From: Alphaproteobacteria bacterium
GTDB taxonomy: Bacteria; Pseudomonadota; Alphaproteobacteria; SP197
DNA length: 24,000 nt
Reading direction: 5' to 3'
Assembly: GCA_963666905.2 (NCBI GenBank)
Contig: OY763008.1
Span: 3,040,072 to 3,064,071 of the forward strand
This document shows positions 14,951 through 24,000 of the stretch, piece after piece. Each line of letters starts with the position of its first letter. The stretch's first letter is position 1. The translations under genes were made by a program, and so were the position numbers. The notes beneath the pieces were generated by a model. That model had not been told where the DNA came from and ran no database searches. It saw only the letters and a program-made list of their open reading frames with translations.

Positions 14951-17416
14951 TCAGGTCGCGGCGTGACCGGCATCCGCGCGGGGACGCCGGTTCGCCGGAT
15001 CGTGGACGGCCTCGCCGAGCACGACCGCGGCCCGCGGCCGCCCCATGATGACGACCTCGAGGCGGGTGCCCGGCTGCGAGACGCCGGGCCCGACATAGGC
15101 GAAGGCGAGAAGCCGGCCGGTCCAGTGGCCGAAGGCGATCGAGCTGACGGTTCCCACCGTGCGGCCGCCGCGGACCACGGCCTCGCCGCCGTGGCCGTCG
15201 CTGTCGCCGTCGCTCTCCACGGCAAGGTAGGCGCATGACCACCTCGGGGGACGCTCCAGGCACGCCGCGGTCGCCGCGCGGCCGAGGAACTCGCCCTTGT
15301 CGAGCTTCGCGAAACGCATCACCCCGGCCTCGGGCAGGGTCACCTCGTTGGTGAGTTCCGTCGCACCCCTGAACGCCTTCTCCATGCGCATCGCGTTCAT
15401 GGCGAAGGACCCGAAGGGGACGATCCGGTGGCGTTCGCCGGCGTCCATGAGCGCGTCGTGGACCGCCGCGAGGCGCTCCCGGGGTCCGTGGATCTCCCAG
15501 CCGAGCTCGCCGACGTAGGACATGCGCATCGCCCACACGGCCTGACCGGCAACCGCCGTCCTGCGTGCCGCCATCCAGGGCCAGGAGGCGTTGTCGAGGG
15601 CCGCGCCGGTGGCGGCGGCGAGCACCTCGCGCGACCGCGGCCCCTGGAGGGAGAGCGACGCCCAGTCGTCGGAGCGGTTGACGATCTCGACCGCGTGCGC
15701 TCGCCGATGCGCCGCCAGGTGGTCGAGAAGGCGCCGCTCGAAGAAGGCCGCGGCCATGAGGCAGAAGCGCTCCGCCGTCATCCGCACCACGGTGAGCTCG
15801 AGCTCGATGCGCCCCCGGTGGTTGAGCATGTGGGCGAGGACGATGCCCCCGTCGCGGCGGGGCAGGCGGTTGGCGACGAGGCCGTCGAGCCACGCCATGG
15901 CGTCCGCTCCCCGGACCTCGACCCTGGCGAAGGCGGTGATGTCCATGAGGCCGGCGCGTTCCCGTACGCCGCGGACCTCCGCGGCGACGAGGCCGTCGAC
16001 GGCGGTCCTCCTGAAGGAGTAGTGGTCGCGCGCCGCGACGCCGCCGCGGGCGAACCAGCGGGGCCTCTCGTGGCCGCAGACCTCCTCGAACACGGCCCCG
16101 GCCCCGCTGTTGCGCCCGTGGAGCGGCGACGGCCTCAGCGGCCGTCCCGCCGGCCTGTTGTAGTGCGGAAAGGGAGTCTCGTGGCGCAGGCAGTAGTCCT
16201 CCTTCGCCTTGATCACCTGCCAGGCCGGCGACGCCCAGGCGCCGAACCGCCGCGGGTCGAACTCGCGCATCGAGAGGTCGGCGGCGCCATGGACGATCCA
16301 GCGCGCCAGCTCCCGCGCCAGTCCCGGCCCCCAGCCGATGCCGATCTGCGTGCCGCAGCAGCACCAGTAGTTCTGCGCCCCGGGCGCAGGCCCGATCAGC
16401 GGGTTGCCGTCCGGCGGATGGGAGATGGCGCCGTGGACGACGCGCCGGATGCCGGCGTCGCGCAGCACCGGCATGCGCTCCATGGCCCTGTCGAGCCATG
16501 GCATGATCCGTTCCCAGTCGGGCGCGAAGAGCTCGTTCTCCGCCTCCCAGGGGCAGTGATCGACCCAGACCGCGTTCGGATTCTCCTTCTCGTAGATGCC
16601 GATGAGCCCGGACTGCTGTTCCATCCTGACGTAGCCGGAGACCTCCCGGTCGTCGCGGACCACGGGCAGCTCGCGATCGAGGGCGCGGAACCCGGGCACG
16701 GGCTCTGTGACGAGATAGTGGTGGGTCATCGACGTCATCGGCAGCTCGAGGCCGGTCCACGCGCCGACCTGCCGGGCATAGGTCCCGGCGGCGTTGACGA
16801 CGTGTTCGCAGACGACGTCTCCGCGTTCGCTCGCGACCAGCCACTCGCCGCCGGGGCGCCGGCGGATGTCGGTCACGCGGCAGCGGCGCACGATGGCGAC
16901 GCCGGCGCGTCGCGCCACGGCGGCGAAGGCCTGGACGACGCCCGACGGGTCGACATGGCCGTCGTCGGGTGTATGGAGGGCGCCCCGGACGCCGTCGAGA
17001 ACGTAGAAGGGATGGAGCTCGGCGATGCGCCCGGGGCCGACGATCTCCATGGCGAAGCCCAGCGCCGCGCCCACGCTCAGGGTGTGCCGCAGCCAGTCCA
17101 TCTCGTCGCCCGTGTAGGCCAGGCGCAGCGATCCGCAACCGTGCCAGGTCACGGGCTGCCCGGACTCCTTCTCCAGCGCGCCGGAATAGAGGCCGATGTT
17201 GTAGCCGACACACCTGCCGAGAGCGAAGTTCGATGTCGAGTGGGTGATCTGCCCGGCGGCGTGCCAGGTCGAGCCGGAGGTCAGTTCCGCCTTTTCGAAG
17301 AGGACGACGTCGCGGCAACCCTCGGCGACGAGGCCGTGGGCGAGGCCGGTGCCCATGATGCCGCCGCCGACGATGACGACGCGCGCGGCGGCGGGAACGC
17401 CGCCGTCATCGGCCAT
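14951..17416 (-). CDS. FAD-dependent oxidoreductase fused to a GcvT-like (aminomethyltransferase) domain, dimethylglycine/sarcosine dehydrogenase-like
   Basis: 821 aa. The N-terminal dinucleotide fold is VVIVGGGIMGTGLAHGL, and STWHAAG lies in the region where DMGDH-type enzymes carry the covalent-FAD histidine. The C-terminal half has folate-binding GcvT-like character. The size is typical of DMGDH/SardH-like enzymes. Confidence 0.85.
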   Translation of the reverse strand: MADDGGVPAAARVVIVGGGIMGTGLAHGLVAEGCRDVVLFEKAELTSGSTWHAAGQITHSTSNFALGRCVGYNIGLYSGALEKESGQPVTWHGCGSLRLAYTGDEMDWLRHTLSVGAALGFAMEIVGPGRIAELHPFYVLDGVRGALHTPDDGHVDPSGVVQAFAAVARRAGVAIVRRCRVTDIRRRPGGEWLVASERGDVVCEHVVNAAGTYARQVGAWTGLELPMTSMTHHYLVTEPVPGFRALDRELPVVRDDREVSGYVRMEQQSGLIGIYEKENPNAVWVDHCPWEAENELFAPDWERIMPWLDRAMERMPVLRDAGIRRVVHGAISHPPDGNPLIGPAPGAQNYWCCCGTQIGIGWGPGLARELARWIVHGAADLSMREFDPRRFGAWASPAWQVIKAKEDYCLRHETPFPHYNRPAGRPLRPSPLHGRNSGAGAVFEEVCGHERPRWFARGGVAARDHYSFRRTAVDGLVAAEVRGVRERAGLMDITAFARVEVRGADAMAWLDGLVANRLPRRDGGIVLAHMLNHRGRIELELTVVRMTAERFCLMAAAFFERRLLDHLAAHRRAHAVEIVNRSDDWASLSLQGPRSREVLAAATGAALDNASWPWMAARRTAVAGQAVWAMRMSYVGELGWEIHGPRERLAAVHDALMDAGERHRIVPFGSFAMNAMRMEKAFRGATELTNEVTLPEAGVMRFAKLDKGEFLGRAATAACLERPPRWSCAYLAVESDGDSDGHGGEAVVRGGRTVGTVSSIAFGHWTGRLLAFAYVGPGVSQPGTRLEVVIMGRPRAAVVLGEAVHDPANRRPRADAGHAAT

Positions 17417-18080
17417 CGACGGAAAGGGCGAGGATCATGGAAAGCTGGCACAGCGGGCGGCCCGTCCCGGCGGCCCAGGCGTTGAAGGCCGCCTGGACCC
17501 GGAGGCGCGCCGCCTTGCCCGAGGGCGCGCGGTCGACGATGCCGAGATCGATCAGCCCGTGCACGACGTCGCCGGTGGGCACGAAGGTATCCTTGCCGAC
17601 CATCCTCAGGAACGACGGCGCCGAGTTGCCGCCCATCTGGCTGAAGTCCCTCGCCAGGCATCCCCACAGGGAGACGATGTCGTCGACGGGCCAGTCGGCC
17701 AGCCAGCGCGCGAAGCTGCCGTGTTCCCGCGCCTTGCCGCACATGACGGTGGCGTTGCCGCGCACCGCCTGGATCTTGCCCCAGTGGCGGATGAGGGCCC
17801 GGTTGGCCATGCAGGCGTCGAGGTCCTCGTCGCTCATCATGGCCACCTTCCGGGGCGCGAAGCCGAAGAAGGCGTCCTCGAAGGCGGGCCACCTGGCGTC
17901 GACGAGGGAGTGCTTCAGGCCCGCGCGGAAGATCCGCAGGCACATGGCCGAAAGAAGGCGGTCGTCGCCGGTGGCGGCGAGATCGGCGGCGTTCCTCGGC
18001 ACCGGGAGGCGGGCTTCGAGAGCCTCGGCGCCGCCGGTCCGCCTCAGCGCCCGCTCGAGAACCGGGCGGAAATCCGCCAT
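17406..18080 (-). CDS. Tag-like (DNA-3-methyladenine glycosylase I family) protein lacking the zinc-ligand residues
   Basis: LLSAMCLRIFRAGLKHSLVDARWPAFEDAFFGFAPRKVAMMSDEDLDACMANRALIRHWGKIQAVRGNA aligns with the E. coli Tag core (..LSW..V..KR..F...F..FD...VA.M.EEDV..L......IRHRGKIQA.I.NA). Its ATG shares one base with the aldolase TGA, and its 3' end overlaps the DMGDH-like start by 11 nt. Confidence 0.7.
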   Translation of the reverse strand: MADFRPVLERALRRTGGAEALEARLPVPRNAADLAATGDDRLLSAMCLRIFRAGLKHSLVDARWPAFEDAFFGFAPRKVAMMSDEDLDACMANRALIRHWGKIQAVRGNATVMCGKAREHGSFARWLADWPVDDIVSLWGCLARDFSQMGGNSAPSFLRMVGKDTFVPTGDVVHGLIDLGIVDRAPSGKAARLRVQAAFNAWAAGTGRPLCQLSMILALSVDGR

Positions 18081-18853
18081 CAGCGGTCCTTCAGCGAAGC
18101 CACCGCCGCCAGGGCGCCGTCGCGCAGCAGCGCATGATCGGCCACCGCGATCACGAGGTCGTAGCCGCGCTCGAACATCGCCGCCGCACTGTCGAATGGA
18201 GCCGGAATGCCCCCCAGCAGGCGGCCGGATTCCCTGATCCGCCGCTCCGCATCGCCGAGCAGCTCCGCGGCCTCCGGCGAGGTCTGGTCGTGCAAGCGGC
18301 CGATGCTGCTCGAAAGGTCGTTGCGCCCGATGAACAGCATGTCGATCCCGTCCGTCGCGCCGATGTCGCCGAGGTTGGCGACCGTCGCCTCGGTCTCGAC
18401 CTGGGTGATGACGAGGACGTCGAGCCCGCGGTTCTCGATGAACGCGTCCTTCTCGTAGCCGTAGCGCGCCGCGCGGACGTTGCCCGGCGCCACGCCGCGC
18501 GCGCCGTGCGGCGGCAGCCGGCAGGCGTCGACGACCGAACGGGCCGCCTCCGCCGTCTCGACGAGCGGCACCATGAGCCCGTCGATGCCGGTATCGAGAG
18601 CCTTCTTGATGAGCTGGGCGTCGTTGTCCCAGACGCGCAGCATGGCGATATCGGTGCCGCCGGCACGGATGGCCTGCTGCTGCGCGATCGCCGTCATCGC
18701 GTTGCCGGGACCGTGCTCCTGGTCGATCATGATGAAGTCGAACCCGGCGCCGGCCATGATCTCGGTGGCGATCGGGCTTTCCATGTTGACCCACGCGCCG
18801 AGCTGTTTCCTGCCGCGCCGCATGGCGCTGCGTATCTCGTTTCCTCGCGGCAT
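18080..18853 (-). CDS. HpcH/HpaI-family aldolase (2-keto-3-deoxy-acid aldolase type)
   Basis: 257 aa. The sequence GAWVNMESPIATEIMAGAGFDFIMIDQEHGP...LMVPLVETAEAARSVVDACRLPPHGARG...ITQVETEATVANL...GIDMLFIGRNDLS is the typical HpcH/HpaI pattern. Confidence 0.85.
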   Translation of the reverse strand: MPRGNEIRSAMRRGRKQLGAWVNMESPIATEIMAGAGFDFIMIDQEHGPGNAMTAIAQQQAIRAGGTDIAMLRVWDNDAQLIKKALDTGIDGLMVPLVETAEAARSVVDACRLPPHGARGVAPGNVRAARYGYEKDAFIENRGLDVLVITQVETEATVANLGDIGATDGIDMLFIGRNDLSSSIGRLHDQTSPEAAELLGDAERRIRESGRLLGGIPAPFDSAAAMFERGYDLVIAVADHALLRDGALAAVASLKDR

Positions 18854-18881
18854 TACTCCTGCATCCCCCCTCGATCCGGCC

Positions 18882-20213
18882 TTACTCGGAGCGCTCCCCG
18901 GCGGTCACCGGGCGAAGCAGGAAAGCCGGCACGAACGGTCCCTCGCCGAACGGCAGGCCGTCGGCATCCTGCACGATTTCGTCGGGTTCTTCGGCGCGCT
19001 GCGGGGGAGCGGCGGCGTCCTTTTGCGGCGTCCGCCCGGAGCGCCGGCGCCTGGTCTTCCTCTCCGGCGAGTCGCCCATGGCCGCATGGCGGATGCCCTC
19101 GATCTCGAAGAGCGGCAGCTTGCGCGCGATGAGCCGGGTGACGGCGTCGAGCGCCTCCCGGTCCGCCGGTGTCGCGAACATGTAGGAGCATCCCCGCATG
19201 CCGGCACGTCCGGTCCGGCCGATGCGGTGGACGTAGTCCTCCGCGTTGACCGGAACGTCGTAGCAGATGACGTGGCTGACGCCGAAGACGTCGATGCCGC
19301 GTCCCGCCACGTCCGTGCACACCAGGGTGCTCGACGTGCCGTCCCTGAAGGCGGCGAGCGCCTGCTCGCGCTCGCGCTGCGACATGTCGCCCTGCATGCG
19401 CACGGCGTCGATGCCGTGGCGGCCGAGGTACCCGTGGAGGCTGTCGACATCCTTCTTGCGGTTGGCGAAGACCATCGAGCTCCTGACCGCCTCCATGGCG
19501 AGCAGGCGGCGCAGGGCCCGCTCCTTTTCCCTGTGGTCCTCGACCATGACGAGGGACTGGTCCACGGTGTCCGCCGGCGAGGCCGGCGGCGTCACGGTGA
19601 CCTCCTTGGGGTTGTGGAGGAACCGGTCGGCGAGCTTGCGGATCTCCCTGGGCATGGTCGCCGAGAACATCAGCGTGTGACGCAGCTTCGGCAGCATGTC
19701 GCAGATGCGCTCGACGTCCGGGATGAACCCCATGTCCAGCATCCTGTCCGATTCGTCGATGACGAGGTGCTTCACGCCCACCATAAGGACCTTGCCCCGC
19801 TCGACCATGTCGATGAGGCGGCCGGGCGTGGCGATCAGGATGTCGACATTGCCGGAGAGCGCCTGCTCCTGCTGCCTGAAGTCGCTTCCGCCGATCAGAA
19901 GCGCCGCGTTGAGATCGGTGAACTGGGCATAGATGCGGAAGTTCTCCAGGGTCTGCTGCGCCAGCTCGCGGGTCGGCGAGAGGATGAGGGCCCGCGGCAT
20001 GCGCGCCTTGGCCTTGCCTCCGATGAGGATGTCCACCAGAGGCAGAACGAACGCGGCGGTCTTGCCCGTGCCGGTCTGGGCGCACCCGAGAAGATCCCGC
20101 CCCTGGAGGGCGATGGGGATGGCCTGCTTCTGGATCGGTGTGGCCTCGCGGTAGCCGGCCCTGGCGATTGCCGACAGGACTTCCTGGCCCAGTCCGAGGT
20201 CTTCGAATGTCAT
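18882..20213 (-). CDS. DEAD-box ATP-dependent RNA helicase (motif II reads DESD) with a basic C-terminal tail
   Basis: Internal ATG at 20213 of ORF 18882..20789. It has a Q motif (TPIQ), motif I AQTGTGKT, Ia PTRELA, II DESD, III SAT and VI HRIGRTGRAG. The C-terminal tail is Arg/Lys-rich. Confidence 0.9.
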   Translation of the reverse strand: MTFEDLGLGQEVLSAIARAGYREATPIQKQAIPIALQGRDLLGCAQTGTGKTAAFVLPLVDILIGGKAKARMPRALILSPTRELAQQTLENFRIYAQFTDLNAALLIGGSDFRQQEQALSGNVDILIATPGRLIDMVERGKVLMVGVKHLVIDESDRMLDMGFIPDVERICDMLPKLRHTLMFSATMPREIRKLADRFLHNPKEVTVTPPASPADTVDQSLVMVEDHREKERALRRLLAMEAVRSSMVFANRKKDVDSLHGYLGRHGIDAVRMQGDMSQREREQALAAFRDGTSSTLVCTDVAGRGIDVFGVSHVICYDVPVNAEDYVHRIGRTGRAGMRGCSYMFATPADREALDAVTRLIARKLPLFEIEGIRHAAMGDSPERKTRRRRSGRTPQKDAAAPPQRAEEPDEIVQDADGLPFGEGPFVPAFLLRPVTAGERSE

Positions 20214-20281
20214 GCGCGTGATGGTTTCCGTCTCCGGCCCCGTGGGCCGATGGGGGCTGATACCCCCGGACACCGGCAAGG

Positions 20282-22814
<2,533 letters not shown>

Positions 22815-22931
22815 CTATAAGAGGAACATCGCCCGGTCCGCAAGCTGCGGGACGACGGCGCCCGTCCGCGGAATCGCACACCGGTAGCCGGGTCTGCTAG
22901 GCTGCGGCAAATCCGGGGCCGGGACCGCGCC

Positions 22932-23741
22932 ATGAACCAAGTTCAGATCAATCCGCTGACCCTGACGGGGCTCGCCCTCCGGCAGACCTGGAAGGGCCTC
23001 GACACGATCCTGCGCCTGGCCTGGTTCCCGGTGCTGATCATCGCCGTCGCGGCGCATCTGGCCGCGCCGGCACCGGTCGAGGGCGACGGCGCGGTCATCG
23101 CTCCGGGAGGCATGATGCGGCTGGCGCTCCTCGGCATGGCCGGGCTCATGGTCCAGGCGATGATCGCCGTGGCCTGGCACCGCGTCCTGCTGACCGGTTT
23201 CGATCCGGCGAAGCGCCGCATCTACATCCGTTTCGGCCTCGCCGAGTTCCTCTACGCGGTCATCAGCGTGTTCCTGGCGATCCTCGTGGTCATGGGCCTC
23301 TACGTGCTGACCGGCGTCGTCGCCACGGTGCTCGCCTCGGCTCTCGGCATCTCGGGCCTTCTCCTGCAGACGGTCGCCTTCCTTGCCGGCATGCTGCCCG
23401 CCATCATCATCGTGGCCCGCTCCGTGCTGGTCCTGCCGGCCATCGCCGTGGGCAGGGGAGCCGACCTCATCATGAGCTGGCGCGCCACGCGGGGCAACGG
23501 CATCCGCATATCGGCGTCCCTGATCCTGGTCTCCGTTCCTCTCGTCGTCGCCGGCGTCGTCCTGCTCCAGCTGAGCACCGCGATCGCCCAGCGCGAGCTC
23601 GGCGCCGCCGTCTCGATCGTCGTGGGTTACGTCAACATGATCATCAACATCGTCCTGATGTGCCTCGTCGTCTCGGCGCTCAGCCTTCTCTACACCCGCC
23701 TGGGCGCAGACCGGGAGGCCGGCGGGGGAGACGGCGGGTGA
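22932..23741 (+). CDS. Hypothetical polytopic membrane protein
   Basis: 269 aa with about 6 hydrophobic spans. It is divergent from parE and is coupled by GTGA to the downstream gene. Confidence 0.55.
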   Translation: MNQVQINPLTLTGLALRQTWKGLDTILRLAWFPVLIIAVAAHLAAPAPVEGDGAVIAPGGMMRLALLGMAGLMVQAMIAVAWHRVLLTGFDPAKRRIYIRFGLAEFLYAVISVFLAILVVMGLYVLTGVVATVLASALGISGLLLQTVAFLAGMLPAIIIVARSVLVLPAIAVGRGADLIMSWRATRGNGIRISASLILVSVPLVVAGVVLLQLSTAIAQRELGAAVSIVVGYVNMIINIVLMCLVVSALSLLYTRLGADREAGGGDGG

Positions 23742-24000
23742 TCGACAATCCTCCACCCTGGCCCGGCGGCGCCCGCTGCGCCGTCGCCTTCACGTTCGAC
23801 ATGGACGCCGACTCCATCCTCCACCTGGCGTACCACCGCACCGCGGATACCCGTGTCGCCGCCCTGTCGGCCCTGCGCTACGGCCCCGAGGTCGCCGTGC
23901 CGCGGCTCGTCGCCCTCTACCGCGAGTTCGCCATGCGCCAGACCTTCTTCCTGCCGGCATGGTGTATCGAGCGCTACCCGGCGGCCGTGGCGGCCATCCT
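23738..24000 (+). CDS. Polysaccharide deacetylase (NodB-homology) family protein, N-terminal part; continues beyond the window
   Basis: It is not in the ORF track because it is open-ended. My translation from the GTG at 23738 is VIDNPPPWPGGARCAVAFTFDMDADSILHL...RYGPEVAVPRLVALYREFAMRQTFFLPAWCIERYPAAVAAI. The FDxD and RxTFF.P patterns are typical of the family. Confidence 0.7.
   Translation, partial: MIDNPPPWPGGARCAVAFTFDMDADSILHLAYHRTADTRVAALSALRYGPEVAVPRLVALYREFAMRQTFFLPAWCIERYPAAVAAI

Overview
This is a high-GC chromosomal window, about 68-70% GC in the stretches I sampled. The gene content looks alphaproteobacterial, but that is inference only. Most of the window is densely packed core metabolism and housekeeping. 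These genes include tupC/tupA tungstate uptake, a monoheme cytochrome c, a secreted SxxK serine hydrolase, an SbmA/BacA-like transporter, and a six-gene minus-strand operon (2OG oxygenase, desaturase, M81/MlrC peptidase, ChaC, two GFA proteins). The rest are an FNT channel, an aldolase/Tag-like/DMGDH-like operon, a DEAD-box helicase, ParE, a membrane protein and a polysaccharide deacetylase. The exception is a scarred accessory region at about 2.4-6.4 kb. It contains a VapBC-type TA module and a decaying second copy of the tupC-tupA junction (about 97% identical to positions 1-490, truncated at both ends). It also contains a roughly 620 bp gene-free GC-rich leader and an orphan hicB with an in-frame stop. 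Between the leader and hicB lies a low-GC (about 50%) three-gene, translationally coupled cassette at 4555-5864. Its genes encode a membrane-anchored PLD-like (HxK) protein, a small 3-TM protein and a small GIY-YIG nuclease-domain protein. I do not recognise this combination as a described system, and it is my best candidate for a novel defence, abortive-infection or toxin module. I found no rRNA, tRNA, CRISPR array, transposase or integrase. Many long ORFs in the track are antisense or off-frame shadows typical of high-GC DNA and are not called.
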